Assembly (NCBI GenBank): GCA_037133115.1
Contig: JBAXOU010000002.1
Span: 1-53,194, forward strand
Length of the DNA: 53,194 nucleotides
Direction of reading: 5' to 3'
DNA from: Planctomycetota bacterium
GTDB taxonomy: Bacteria; Planctomycetota; Planctomycetia; Pirellulales; UBA1268
Part shown: positions 19,019-29,497 of the stretch, one piece after another
Layout of the letters: each line of letters opens with the position of its first letter
Position numbering within the stretch: position 1 is the first letter of the stretch
Position numbers and translations under genes: made by a program
The notes under the pieces: model-generated
Seen by the model: the letters and a program-made list of their open reading frames with translations, nothing else
Database searches by the model: none
What the model was told of the DNA's origin: nothing

Positions 19019-20239
19019 ATGGCAGGCAAGATCAACGTCAAGGGTCCGGTCGTCGACCTCGACGGCGATGAGATGACGCGGATCATCTGGCAGTTCATCA
19101 AGGACAAGCTGATCCTGCCCTATCTCGATCTCGAGATCCGCTACTACGACCTCTCGATGGAGAACCGCGACGCCACCAGCGACCAGGTGACGATCGACGC
19201 GGCCAATGCCATCAAGGAGTGCGGCGTGGGCGTGAAGTGCGCCACGATCACGCCCGACGAGGCGCGGGTGAAGGAGTTCAGCCTCAAGAGCATGTGGAAG
19301 AGCCCTAACGGCACGATCAGGAACATCCTCGGCGGCGTGATCTTCCGCGAACCGATCATCATCAAAAACATTCCGCGGCTCGTGCCCGGCTGGACGAAGC
19401 CGATCGTGGTGGGCCGCCACGCCTTCGGCGACCAGTACCGTGCCACCGACGTGAAGATCCCGGGCAAGGGCACACTCACGCTCACCTTCACGCCGGCCGA
19501 TGGCACGAAGCCGATGGAGATGAAGGTCTTCGAGTTTCCGTCGTCGGGCGTGGCGATGGCGATGTACAACCTCGACGATTCGATCCGCGACTTCGCCCGT
19601 GCCAGCTTCCGCTACGGCCTGGCGCGAAACTTCCCCGTCTACCTCTCCACGAAGAACACGATCCTGAAGGCCTACGATGGCCGGTTCAAGGACATCTTCC
19701 AGGAGATCTTCGACGCCGAGTTCAAGGCAGAGTTTGCGGCGAAGGGGATTACCTACGAGCACCGGCTGATCGACGACATGGTGGCCAGCGCCCTGAAGTG
19801 GGAGGGCGGCTATGTCTGGGCCTGCAAGAACTACGACGGTGACGTGCAGAGCGACATCGTGGCGCAGGGCTTCGGCTCGCTCGGGCTGATGACGAGCGTC
19901 TTGATGACGCCGGACGGCAAGACGGTGGAGGCCGAGGCTGCCCACGGCACGGTCACGCGGCACTACCGCCAGCACCAGCAGGGCAAGCCCACGAGCACCA
20001 ATCCGATCGCCTCGATCTTCGCCTGGACGCGGGGCCTGGCGCACCGTGGCAAACTCGACGGCACGCCCGAGGTGACCCGGTTTGCCGAGACGCTCGAGCG
20101 GGTCTGCATCCAGACGGTGGAGGAGGGGAAGATGACGAAGGATCTCGCGATCCTGATCGGCCCGAATCAGCCCCACCTCACCACGCAGGAGTTCCTGGCG
20201 GCGATCGACGCCAATCTCGTGAAGGAGATGCAGGCCTGA
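19019..20239 (+). CDS. icd: NADP-dependent isocitrate dehydrogenase (eukaryote-like homodimeric type)
   Basis: [33 protein letters not shown] and DGDVQSD match. GGAGGAG lies 7 nt upstream of the ATG. Confidence 0.95.
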   Translation: MAGKINVKGPVVDLDGDEMTRIIWQFIKDKLILPYLDLEIRYYDLSMENRDATSDQVTIDAANAIKECGVGVKCATITPDEARVKEFSLKSMWKSPNGTIRNILGGVIFREPIIIKNIPRLVPGWTKPIVVGRHAFGDQYRATDVKIPGKGTLTLTFTPADGTKPMEMKVFEFPSSGVAMAMYNLDDSIRDFARASFRYGLARNFPVYLSTKNTILKAYDGRFKDIFQEIFDAEFKAEFAAKGITYEHRLIDDMVASALKWEGGYVWACKNYDGDVQSDIVAQGFGSLGLMTSVLMTPDGKTVEAEAAHGTVTRHYRQHQQGKPTSTNPIASIFAWTRGLAHRGKLDGTPEVTRFAETLERVCIQTVEEGKMTKDLAILIGPNQPHLTTQEFLAAIDANLVKEMQA

Positions 20240-20514
20240 GCGGCGGGGCAACGGCAGGGTGAATCGGGTGCGGTCGTGCGGCCCTGGGCGTGAGCCTGGT
20301 CGGTCGACCGCCGCCGATCCAACTCGAGGTGGAGGAATCCCCTGATGCAATGGTATCTCGGCCTAGGCGACGCGGGCCGGGGGGCCGTGGTTGCGCCCGA
20401 TGCTGACGAGAAACGCGGAAGCCAGGCCCCTTGTCGGCAACCTGCACCCCCGCCGTCGACTCGCCAGAACAGCGCCCTCGCTGGCCCACGTGCGACGTCG
20501 GCACGTCCACCTCG

Positions 20515-23500
20515 TCAGATCACCGCGAAGACCGACTTCTTGCGACCGGTGCCGACGACACCCTGCGACTCCGACGCGATCGCGGCGAAGGCCGCATCGG
20601 CCGGCGACAGCGTCGTGGTCGTTCCGACCTCGACTGCAGCCGACTGGGACGCGGGGAGGTAGGAGCCCGTGTCGTAGACATCGCTAGCGAGGATTCCGGT
20701 GATGTCGGTAATGTCGACCACTCCGTCATGGTTGTTATCGCCCTCGCTCCAGTCAGCAGGCAGACCGGTCTCGTACTTACTGGACGTAAGCAGGGCGGCG
20801 ACGTCCTGGATGTCAACTAAACCGTCGAGGTTCGAGTCACCCGCCGCCGCAAAGCCGACGGTGTACGACCCGCCGTTATCCATCCACCCGAGCGTCCGAC
20901 CAGGGTTCGAGGCCACGACCGACGATGTGAAGCCCGCGGTGCCATTCCACGAGCCATCGCTCTTGCCGGCGTTGATCGCCGCAAGGATCGATGTCCGATT
21001 CAGGCCGGACCGGGTCGTCATCTTGCCCGCACCGAAGTCGACGAGGCCCCCGGTCGCAAGAACGAGCGAGGTGATGTCAACCGTGCGGGTGCCGACGTCG
21101 AGCACCACCTTCGCCCCAGCCTGGACTTCCAGCGGACCGCTGCCGAGGGCGGCGACGTTCTGCACGATCAGCGTACCCGCCGTCACGACCGTGCCACCCG
21201 CATGGGTGTTCGCGGCCGTGAGGACGAGCGTGCCCGCACCCTGCTTGACGAGCCGCTCCATTCCCGCATGCACCGTCGAGTCGGTCTGCGAGCCCGACGC
21301 GACAGCGATGATCGTGTCCTGGACGATGATCAGTCCCGAGCCGCCGGCTACGACCTGGAAGTCGAACGAGCCGTTGCTGGCGACGGCCGTGCCCGCATTC
21401 AGGTCGTTGTCGGTCGAGCGGCCGTTGCCGATCAGGCTGTTGCCCACGAAGTTCAGGCGATACGTGCCCGTCGGCGGCAGACCACCGGACACGGCGCTGC
21501 CGCGGAAGGTCACGGTGAGCGTGTTGGTACCGAGCCCGGTGACGTTCGGCTGCGGCTGCACATTCGTGACAGCCGTGCCAGCGGTGGTGCTGATGGAGAT
21601 CCCCGTGCCGGCAGAACCCTGGAACGACCCGTCACCGTCGAGCACTTGGCTGACGGGACCGTCGAACGTCAACACGAGCGACTGACCGCCGGCGCCGGGC
21701 GTCACCGATACGATCCGGACGCGGGCAGCCGCCGCGGTCACGTTGGGCTCGCCCGGCGTGATCGCGGCTCCCTCCACCGGCAGGAGCACACTCTTGGGAG
21801 CCCCCTCGAACACCCCCGCATCATCGCTTCCCCGGAGGTCGCCACCGAACCAGGCTGCGGTTGAGTTGCGAGTCGTGTCGCCCCGTAGCCGATCGATGGA
21901 GTCCGCAACGAAGGCCGCCTGGTAGAAGTTCGTGCCGCCGTACAAAACGTCGCCGATGCCGCCATCGTTGACAGCGATCGAGTCAACGATCACCGCCCCC
22001 GACGGCAGGTCGAGCACTCCATCGTTGTTCCAGTCGAAGTCAAACCCCATCGTGGGAAGGTCGGCCGATGGGCTGTAGACCAGGACGTAACTCGCCGAGT
22101 CGTTGGCGATCGTCTCACTGTTCAGGGCAGCCGACATGATGCGTGTCGAACTGCTCGGAATGCGGAAGCCGAAGTTACCGGGCCCCGGGACGTCGCCGCG
22201 ATTCGAGCCGGCCGACGGGTCTTCCGAGGTGATCACGGACAGGCCGCTGGACCCGTTTTGGTAGCTCCCCAAGCTGAACGTCACGTCGTCGAGGCCCGTC
22301 TCCGGCCCCAGATCACTGTCGATCACGAGGACGTAGAACCCTCCCATGCCCAACGCCGCCGTCCCGGACAGTTCGACGAACTCGTGAAAACTATCGAGTC
22401 CGGGGGAGTTGATGTAGATCTCATTCAGGAGGAGCTGCGCCGTCGCCGGATTGAAATCGTTGTCCCGAATCGTCAGGGACGACATGCCCAGGGTCACGCC
22501 ACCCGACGTCAGGCGGATCGACAGCGTCTCGTCCCGCTCGACCTGAGCGTCATCGATCGTCGGAATCTGAATCACCTTGAAGAGTTCGCCCTCGGCGAAC
22601 GTGAGCGTGGTCGGCGTGGCCGAGCCGATGTCAGCCAAGCTGCCTGTGCCCGCCTCGATCGCGTAACTCACTTGCAGCGTACCGCTCGCCCCGCCCACCC
22701 GATTGACGACGACGGAGGCGGTTTCGCCCTCGTTGACCCGGACACCGCCGTCCAGCGCGAACGCGGCATGGCCAGCTCCGGCCGGGGCGTTGTACAGGAC
22801 CGTCAGCTGTGGCGCGAACGCGTTGGGAAGCGACGACTCGGAACTCTCGAAGCGGAAACTGTTGGGCGAGTCGGAGAGGATCGCCCAGCCATAGTTGGGC
22901 ACGCTGCCGTTCGCCCAGGCCTGGAGCGTGGCCAGATTGATCGGGATCTGCACGCGGCCTGCCCTGCCCGGGGCGGTCACCCTGCTGTCCGGGCGGGCGA
23001 CCGCGACCATGCCATCAGGCATGATGCCGTTGGCGGCCGCACTGCCGGCACTGCCTTGCGGGTCGTCGAAGTTGGAGGTGTTTTCATTCCAGTCCACGAG
23101 CATCCTGTGGAGCGTGATGTTGGCGGTGGCTGCGGATTGATTGAGCACATTGAGCGTCAGGAAGCCACCGAAGATCTCGGCTCCAGCCGGCACTTGCCCC
23201 GGCCCGGACCCGAACAGGTCACCGAATCGCAACAACGCCTGCTGCGGCCGCGTGGCCAGGCCGGCCAGCGACGGCTCGCCTTCGCCCTTCTGCAGGTCGA
23301 CGACCATCTCCTCGCCCTGGCCGAACGCGAGGTCGCGAAGATCGCCGTCGAGGTAGGTGTCGGCCGTGCCGGTGTAGCCGCTGGCGCCCTGTTGGAAGTT
23401 CGCGACCGTCACGTTCGCGTCCACGATCGTGACCGTCGCGGATCCGCCTACGGCCAGGTACTTGCTGGCCCCGCCGCCGGGGACGGTGACGCCCGTGAGG

Positions 23501-25689
23501 TTCACGAGGAAGGTCTCGAAGCCCTCGGCAATGCCATCGGCGCCGTTGATGGGTACGGAAATCGTCGCCGTGTTCGCGCCGCCGCGGAACTGCAGCACTC
23601 CCGGAGCGGCAGTGTAGTCGGCACCCCCGACGGAACTGGCCGTCTGATCGGTGAACGAGTAGGCGACGTCGATGTCGGTCGCGTCCCCGGTGCGGGCCAC
23701 GGTCAGCACGGCCACTCCGGCCGACTCCTGCACCTCGATCGAGGTCACGGAGAAAAACGCATTGCGAAGGGTGTTCGGGGCACCGGGGGTGAGCACGGCA
23801 CCCAGCGGATTCACCACGCTCGCCCAGGGGGCCGTGTCGTAGGCGACCGGCGTGGCCGCCGGATTGGGAATCTCGCCGTTGAACCAGACTCCGATGGTGT
23901 TGGGATCACGTTGCCCCAGCCGACGCGAGATCGCGTCGGGAGTCACACCGCCCGAGCCCTTGCCCGTCGGGATGTGGACATGGACGCCCGGATTGGCCAG
24001 CCCCACGACGCGGTCGCGGTCGTTGCCACCGCCCTCGACGGTGCCCACGCTATCGATCAACTGGGCACCCGCTGGCAGGAGTCCGGTATCCAACACACCG
24101 ACCCCTGATCTAACTTCAGTCTGGAAGCCCGACACACTCGACTGGATCAGGAACCGGTCACGGTCGTAGTCCTCGCCCTGCACGAAGTTGCCGCCGGGGC
24201 TGTACCAGAGGGCATAGGTCTGCGATGAGTTCTCGAGCGCCGGCAACGCCGTCGGGGCGACGGTGGTGCCCGCCTCTGCGGAGTACAGCCAGCCGCTCGC
24301 CGCGATCACCAGCAGACCGTTCGATCCGATCGTCAAACCCGACAGGTTGTAGACGACGTCGGCGACGCCGATGCCGGCGCCCTCGTTCGTGACAGACGCG
24401 CCGCTGTTGTCCTTGCCCCCGCGCTCCTCCTCCTCGCCCTCGAACACCACGAACTGCCAGCCGGCCGGAATGGTGGCGCCCGGCGTGCCGATGAACTCGA
24501 CATACCGCCGATTCGACGGTCCCGAGCCCTGGGCGTTCGCCAGCACCTCGTTGATCAGCAGGTCGTCGTCCGCGATCGTGAGCGTTGCGGCGCCACGGCC
24601 GGCGGCGATGGTCGCGCCGCCCGTGGACGAGAGCGTGACAGCGAGCGTTTCGAGGCCCTCGATCGAGGTGTCACCGTTGATCGTGATATCGACCGTCTTG
24701 TATTCCTCCCCCTCCGCGAACGACAGCGTCGTGGGGCCCGCATACGAGAAGTCCGCCGCCGAGGCGGATCCCGCCGTCACCGTCACGCCCACCGTGGTGG
24801 CCGCCAGACCACCGAATCGAGCCACCGTGAGCGATGCGGTGCGGGTCCCGGCGTCGCCTTCGGTCACCCGCGGAGCGAGATCGAGGAACTCCACCGTGCC
24901 CGGGCTGGAAGCCGACGGCGCCGTGTAGTCGACGACCAGCACGGGCCGGTCGCCATCGGCGGCCTCGGACGATATGAAATCCCATCCGTTGGTCGCGTTG
25001 GTTTCGAACAGCCACCCATAGTTCGGCTCGCCGCTCGACCAGTGCTTCAGCGAAAGACCGACGTCGAACGTCCGCTTTGTCGGGATGGTCGGCGTGCTGC
25101 CGTCCAGCAGGATCGCATCCGGCGGCAGGTCGAAACTCTCGTTCTCCGAGGCCTGCACACCGCCGACGGGGTTGGTGTTGCCGAGAGTGGGGACGTTCCA
25201 CGTCGCGGCCGATTGTGACCAGTTTTGCCGCATGCGGTACAGACTCATTTGCATCGACGCATTCGAGTCGTTGTTGACGGAGACGACCAACTGCGCCGAG
25301 TTGATCACGGATCCGAACGGAATCTTCCCGACTTCGTTGCTGCTGGTAAACAGATCATCGAACTTCAGGAGGCCTTGGCGAACACCTGCGACGCCTGCAT
25401 CGTCCGCGTCCTGTTGATCGACGCTGATACCCGTGTCGCCGCCGAAATTGGTGTCGGGCAGACGGGAGAAGATCACGCAGTCCTGCGTTCCGCTGTAGCC
25501 AGCGACCGGATTGGTGAGCGAGCCGTTGCCGATGCTACCGTCGACGAAGGCGAGCGTCGCCATGACGGCGCGGCCCTCGAGCCGCTCCGGAGCATGGCCC
25601 TCGAAGCGCGTGCCGCGCCGGGAGGCGCGACGGGCCGTGGAGCGGGTTGACGCGGAGCGGCGGCTTGACGGACGACGGCGGCTAGCCAT
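20515..25689 (-). CDS. Giant secreted/surface protein (1724 aa) combining DNRLRE-like, Calx-beta, lamin-tail, PATR and dockerin-like modules
   Basis: Arg-rich leader ending PERLEGRAVMA. Calx-beta ends TLTIADDD, TVTIVDAN and LTIRDND. Lamin-tail starts LLINEVLAN and LLLNEIYINSPG. PATR repeat GAGTLVLTAANTHAGGTVVTAGTLIV. C-terminal DSNLDGLVDIQD and DNNHDGVVDITD are dockerin/EF-hand-like pairs. Confidence 0.85.
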   Translation of the reverse strand: MASRRRPSSRRSASTRSTARRASRRGTRFEGHAPERLEGRAVMATLAFVDGSIGNGSLTNPVAGYSGTQDCVIFSRLPDTNFGGDTGISVDQQDADDAGVAGVRQGLLKFDDLFTSSNEVGKIPFGSVINSAQLVVSVNNDSNASMQMSLYRMRQNWSQSAATWNVPTLGNTNPVGGVQASENESFDLPPDAILLDGSTPTIPTKRTFDVGLSLKHWSSGEPNYGWLFETNATNGWDFISSEAADGDRPVLVVDYTAPSASSPGTVEFLDLAPRVTEGDAGTRTASLTVARFGGLAATTVGVTVTAGSASAADFSYAGPTTLSFAEGEEYKTVDITINGDTSIEGLETLAVTLSSTGGATIAAGRGAATLTIADDDLLINEVLANAQGSGPSNRRYVEFIGTPGATIPAGWQFVVFEGEEEERGGKDNSGASVTNEGAGIGVADVVYNLSGLTIGSNGLLVIAASGWLYSAEAGTTVAPTALPALENSSQTYALWYSPGGNFVQGEDYDRDRFLIQSSVSGFQTEVRSGVGVLDTGLLPAGAQLIDSVGTVEGGGNDRDRVVGLANPGVHVHIPTGKGSGGVTPDAISRRLGQRDPNTIGVWFNGEIPNPAATPVAYDTAPWASVVNPLGAVLTPGAPNTLRNAFFSVTSIEVQESAGVAVLTVARTGDATDIDVAYSFTDQTASSVGGADYTAAPGVLQFRGGANTATISVPINGADGIAEGFETFLVNLTGVTVPGGGASKYLAVGGSATVTIVDANVTVANFQQGASGYTGTADTYLDGDLRDLAFGQGEEMVVDLQKGEGEPSLAGLATRPQQALLRFGDLFGSGPGQVPAGAEIFGGFLTLNVLNQSAATANITLHRMLVDWNENTSNFDDPQGSAGSAAANGIMPDGMVAVARPDSRVTAPGRAGRVQIPINLATLQAWANGSVPNYGWAILSDSPNSFRFESSESSLPNAFAPQLTVLYNAPAGAGHAAFALDGGVRVNEGETASVVVNRVGGASGTLQVSYAIEAGTGSLADIGSATPTTLTFAEGELFKVIQIPTIDDAQVERDETLSIRLTSGGVTLGMSSLTIRDNDFNPATAQLLLNEIYINSPGLDSFHEFVELSGTAALGMGGFYVLVIDSDLGPETGLDDVTFSLGSYQNGSSGLSVITSEDPSAGSNRGDVPGPGNFGFRIPSSSTRIMSAALNSETIANDSASYVLVYSPSADLPTMGFDFDWNNDGVLDLPSGAVIVDSIAVNDGGIGDVLYGGTNFYQAAFVADSIDRLRGDTTRNSTAAWFGGDLRGSDDAGVFEGAPKSVLLPVEGAAITPGEPNVTAAAARVRIVSVTPGAGGQSLVLTFDGPVSQVLDGDGSFQGSAGTGISISTTAGTAVTNVQPQPNVTGLGTNTLTVTFRGSAVSGGLPPTGTYRLNFVGNSLIGNGRSTDNDLNAGTAVASNGSFDFQVVAGGSGLIIVQDTIIAVASGSQTDSTVHAGMERLVKQGAGTLVLTAANTHAGGTVVTAGTLIVQNVAALGSGPLEVQAGAKVVLDVGTRTVDITSLVLATGGLVDFGAGKMTTRSGLNRTSILAAINAGKSDGSWNGTAGFTSSVVASNPGRTLGWMDNGGSYTVGFAAAGDSNLDGLVDIQDVAALLTSSKYETGLPADWSEGDNNHDGVVDITDITGILASDVYDTGSYLPASQSAAVEVGTTTTLSPADAAFAAIASESQGVVGTGRKKSVFAVI

Positions 25690-25765
25690 GGTGCACCTCG
25701 GGGTTGACGAACTGGGGAAGTAAAAAGTTGTGTGGCGCTCGACAGGTCGAGACCTCGATCACGGA

Positions 25766-26968
25766 TCACGGCAGGGACTGGCTCTCGGACTGGAAGTCGG
25801 TGTCGCTCGACTGCGCTGGACGGCTGGAGCCCTGCATGGTGCAGGCGGCCCGCCATACCCCGCGCTCGATGTTGTCGGCGACGAATCGAACGCCGCCATC
25901 GGCGAGGGCGGCGTTGACGCCACCGGGATGGCGGCTGCGGGCCGCGGCGAACACATTGCCGCCATTGGCCCGGGCCCGTTCCTCCCGACAGGGGATGCGG
26001 GTGAAGTCCGGCGTGCCGTCGAGTCCCGTGCCGCAGGCATCGATGACGTCAGGCTGCGAGGAGTTCGGCGTCGTGTTCGCCATAAAGGCGCTGGCGCCGG
26101 GCCCGGGAATCATCCACACACCGCGCCAGTCGTCATTGCCCTGGCTGACGCCGCTGCCCTCCTCCGGCGCGCCCTCTGGGTTGGGCGAGTTCCACGTCAG
26201 CACTTCGCTGAGGATCACCGTCTTCGACGTGCCGTCGGACACGTCCTTGATCCGGGCGCCCTTTCCGAGCCGCCCCCGCACCGGCGATTTCTGAATCAGT
26301 TCCATCCGGAACACGCCGACGTATCCCGGATGGATGTTTTCAAACCCACCATGCTTGAACGAGAAGGCGTTCGCCATCGTGCCCGCGCCAAAACAGGCGG
26401 CGTAGTTGCCACGGCTCAGGTGGGCCAGGCCGACACCACCGCCCCCCTCATCGCCGTCGTTGAAGGGCACCTCCGTGCCCTGGGTGCCGGAACTCGGGCA
26501 GCGGAAGGAGGAGACGGCGTTTTGGTGAAACGCCCGCCATTCGGGACGCTGCATGTCCCACGTGTCGGGCGGGTTGGCTCGGTCGACTTCGGCCGACTCC
26601 AGGGCTTGGTTCGCAAGAGCCGAGAGTCCGCCCTCCTCCAAGTACGAGAAGAGTTGCAGGGCCCAGTTGGGGCCATAGCATGTGCCGCCCGCCTGCGTGC
26701 CGGCTACGATCCAGGGGGCTTTGCCCTCCGTCGGCATGCAGGTCGGACCGCCTGGCGGAAAGTGCCGCTTGGACGCCTCAAAGTTCAGGCACGCCAGGGA
26801 ATTCTGCTTGAGGTTGTTGGAGCAGGCCATCCGACGGGCCGACTCGCGGGCGGTCTGGACCGCGGGCAGGAGCAGCCCAATGAGCGTCGCGATGATCGCG
26901 ATCACGACGAGCAGTTCCACGAGCGTAAAACCGCGCCAAGGCCCACGGAGAGTTGCTGAGGACGACAT
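25766..26968 (-). CDS. DUF1559 protein (prepilin-type N-terminus, H-X9-DG C-terminus)
   Basis: [13 protein letters not shown]|[25 protein letters not shown] is a class III signal, and the C-terminus carries [19 protein letters not shown]. It lies 76 bp upstream of the giant gene on the same strand. Confidence 0.9.
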   Translation of the reverse strand: MSSSATLRGPWRGFTLVELLVVIAIIATLIGLLLPAVQTARESARRMACSNNLKQNSLACLNFEASKRHFPPGGPTCMPTEGKAPWIVAGTQAGGTCYGPNWALQLFSYLEEGGLSALANQALESAEVDRANPPDTWDMQRPEWRAFHQNAVSSFRCPSSGTQGTEVPFNDGDEGGGGVGLAHLSRGNYAACFGAGTMANAFSFKHGGFENIHPGYVGVFRMELIQKSPVRGRLGKGARIKDVSDGTSKTVILSEVLTWNSPNPEGAPEEGSGVSQGNDDWRGVWMIPGPGASAFMANTTPNSSQPDVIDACGTGLDGTPDFTRIPCREERARANGGNVFAAARSRHPGGVNAALADGGVRFVADNIERGVWRAACTMQGSSRPAQSSDTDFQSESQSLP

Positions 26969-27130
26969 GGGAAGTGCCAGGGATAAACTTGCCGACGCCT
27001 ACTTAGCCGGGCGGGACTATCCCTCGAAAGCGTGAGACCTTGATGAGCGTTGCGTGAGAAGTCCATTAAAGTTTTCTGCTGCTCTCGACCGGGTCTCGCC
27101 GTTGGCGGCGCGAGTTGAATCCGCACCGCC

Positions 27131-27300
27131 GACAGACCTGCCCCCCTTACACGGCGCCGCTTTCAGACAGAGAATCTCAGGTGGCGGTAACCAAGGGAGG
27201 GCAAGAGATGCCATGAGGAAAGAAGTTCACTGCGGAGCAGATCATCGGAAAGCTCCGTGAGGCTGAGGTTGGGTTGGCTCAAGGCAAGACGGTGCCGCGA
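27131..27300 (+). mobile_element. IS3-family remnant (possible left end plus a frameshifted, truncated orfA N-terminus)
   Basis: ATG at 27213 gives MRK. After a 1-nt frame slip the sequence reads KFTAEQIIGKLREAEVGLAQGKTVP, typical of the IS3/IS407-group OrfA HTH N-terminus. Similarity stops near 27300. The upstream ACCTGCCCCCC resembles an IS3-type terminal repeat. Confidence 0.5.
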
Positions 27301-27365
27301 TGGCCGCTTGCCTGCTCCGGCGTCGCCGGGCAGGGCGGCAATAACCACGCGGCCACGCGCCTCAT

Positions 27366-27409
27366 CCCTTTCCGCGTGCGGAGGCTTTGCCAGCAGCACG
27401 CGGAAAGGG
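27366..27409 (-). terminator. Perfect 14-bp hairpin downstream of the OPT gene
   Basis: CCCTTTCCGCGTGC-N16-GCACGCGGAAAGGG, 85 nt after the stop at 27494. There is no clear U-tract, so terminator function is uncertain. Confidence 0.4.
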
Positions 27410-27493
27410 ACAACGCGATCCGGGTTGGGTGAGGCTCTCAGCAGCCGCCGGAAGCAACCATCGGGCCACTCGGGCGAGGAAGCGCACGCCCCG

Positions 27494-29407
27494 TCAGCCG
27501 GCCCCGAATGCCTTCATGAGCTCCAGCACGAGGATGATCGCCACGCCCATCAGGCTCTCGCCCGCGATCAGGCCGCTCGAGAGGGGCACGGTGTAGGTTT
27601 CGGCAGGTCTCGGCCGGGCGCGGGCGAAGAGCCAGGCGGCAAGGGCGCCGGCAAACATCGCGAACGAGTTGAAGGCCGGGATCACGCCGGCGATGCCCAG
27701 GCCGGTGGTCGAGGGAAGCCAGGGCCGCCACCTTTTCGGCCCGAACTCTTCGAGCAGCGTGAGCACGATGCCGATGGCCACGCCCACCGCAATCGCCTGA
27801 AGTGCTCCGGCCGGCAAGGCTTGGATTCCGTTGGCAAGCAGTTCCGCCACACCCGCCCAGACCTTCGCCGATGGCGCCGGCAGGGCCTCGGAACCGAGCC
27901 TGGTGGGATCCCGCTGTACCACGAAGAGATACGCCGGCACCGACACGATCGTGCCGGCGATCACGCCGAAGAGCTGCGAGATCGTCTGCTTGCGGGGATT
28001 GCCGCCCAGGAGATAGCCGCTCTTGAGGTCGGTGAGCAGGTCGGCTGCGTGCGAGGCGGCGCCCGAGGTGATCGACGCCGTCATCAGGTTCGTCGTGATG
28101 TTCGACGGGGCGACCACGCCGTACATCAGTTGCGTGATCTTGCCCATGGCGCCGATCGGCGTGATGTCGGTCTCGCCGGTGGCCCGCGCGGCCACGATCG
28201 AGAGGAAGAACGTGACGAGCACCGCCAGGATGCCCATCCACCAGGTGATGCCAAACAGCCAATGGCCGAGGATCACGCAGGCGGCCCCCGACGCGAGCGT
28301 CCCGAACACGAACCAACTCGACGGCACCTCGACATGGGCGAGCGGATCGTCGTGCTCAGGGGCCGCGGTGCCCCCCACCAGCCGGCTCAGGCCACCGAAG
28401 GCGCGGAGCACCGTCTTCCACTTGAGTCCGAAGGAGAGGAGTCCCGACGACACCATCATCGCGGTGGAAGGCCAGAGCACCCACGACACGATGCCGCGGT
28501 AGCCGGGCTGGGCGATGCCCCGCTCCACGAGGATCGGGCCGATGATCCCGTAGAAGATGATCGACCCCAGGAGCATCGACGCGGCGACCCGCAGCCCCAT
28601 GATCGCGCCGGCCGCGACCATGATCAGCGAGCCCTCGATGCCGAGCGTGTATTTCGTGAGCAGGTCACGGGCGAAGCCACCGGGGCCGAAGGGGATCTCG
28701 CTGGGGATCGCCCACGCGGAGATCGCCTTGATGCCACCGACGAGGTCCCGCCACAGGGCCACGACAGCTCCAAGTACCGCGGCCCCGAAGAGTGATCGGG
28801 CCTTGACGACGGCCTCGCCTCCCTCGCTGTGCATGCTGGTGAGCGTCTCGGCGGTGGCGATACCAGAGGGGAAGGGGAGCTGGTCGATGTTGATCAGCTG
28901 GCGTTTGAGCGGGATTGCCATGAAGACGCCGAGCATCGACAGCGCGGCGAGCCAGAGGCCGATCTCCCACCACTCGAGCAGCCTGCCGGTGGTGAGGTAG
29001 AGCGCGGGGATCGCCGATACGAGACCGGCGCTCGACATGTAGCCCGCGGCGCTGGCAGCGCTGCTCATCGTGTAGTTCTCGAGCGTCGAGAACGGCCGGT
29101 TACGATAGGCCGGCACGATCTGCTCGAGGAACTTGAAGACGGCGTAGGCGATGATGCAGGAGGTGATCGTGACACCGAGGCCCCAGCCGGTCTTGAGGCC
29201 GACGTAGAGGTTCGACACCGACATCAGCCCGCCGATCAGCATCCCCGTGACGACGGCTCGGGGCGTGAGCTGCACGGCGTCGTCGCCGGCGTAGACGTTT
29301 TCGAGCCACCACCGCCCCGCCTCGCGGTCATCGGCAAACGGCGGATGCTTCCGGGGCAGGATGGAACGGGCCATGGGGGTTTTCCAGGTGTGACGGATCG
29401 CCTCCAA
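27494..29407 (-). CDS. OPT-family oligopeptide transporter
   Basis: Polytopic membrane protein of 637 aa. The N-terminus LTPRAVVTGMLIGGLMSVSNLYVGLKTGWGLGVTITS is typical of the OPT superfamily. Confidence 0.85.
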   Translation of the reverse strand: MEAIRHTWKTPMARSILPRKHPPFADDREAGRWWLENVYAGDDAVQLTPRAVVTGMLIGGLMSVSNLYVGLKTGWGLGVTITSCIIAYAVFKFLEQIVPAYRNRPFSTLENYTMSSAASAAGYMSSAGLVSAIPALYLTTGRLLEWWEIGLWLAALSMLGVFMAIPLKRQLINIDQLPFPSGIATAETLTSMHSEGGEAVVKARSLFGAAVLGAVVALWRDLVGGIKAISAWAIPSEIPFGPGGFARDLLTKYTLGIEGSLIMVAAGAIMGLRVAASMLLGSIIFYGIIGPILVERGIAQPGYRGIVSWVLWPSTAMMVSSGLLSFGLKWKTVLRAFGGLSRLVGGTAAPEHDDPLAHVEVPSSWFVFGTLASGAACVILGHWLFGITWWMGILAVLVTFFLSIVAARATGETDITPIGAMGKITQLMYGVVAPSNITTNLMTASITSGAASHAADLLTDLKSGYLLGGNPRKQTISQLFGVIAGTIVSVPAYLFVVQRDPTRLGSEALPAPSAKVWAGVAELLANGIQALPAGALQAIAVGVAIGIVLTLLEEFGPKRWRPWLPSTTGLGIAGVIPAFNSFAMFAGALAAWLFARARPRPAETYTVPLSSGLIAGESLMGVAIILVLELMKAFGAG

Positions 29408-29457
29408 GGTAGCGGGATGGTGCGGCTTCGGGCGACGGTGGTTGCTCAGGCATGTGG

Positions 29458-29478
29458 GTGCAGGTTGTCAACCTGCAC
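29458..29478. repeat. AGGTTGTCAACCT palindrome family, copy 1
   Basis: GTGCAGGTTG-T-CAACCTGCAC, with perfect 10-bp arms. Confidence 0.8.
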
Positions 29479-29497
29479 AAGAATCCCGCGGCGGCTC

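Noticed and set aside
18854-20350. 498-aa ORF on the minus strand
   Set aside because: It is antisense to icd, whose product is clearly isocitrate dehydrogenase. It has shadow-ORF composition and no motifs.
22258-24108. 616-aa plus-strand ORF, and other plus-strand ORFs between 20699 and 25650
   Set aside because: All are antisense to the 1724-aa surface-protein gene. They are Arg/Gly/Asp-rich with no domain signatures.
27257-28795. 512-aa plus-strand ORF
   Set aside because: It is antisense to the OPT transporter gene. It is extremely Arg/Gly/Glu-rich and lacks the hydrophobic pattern of the real frame.
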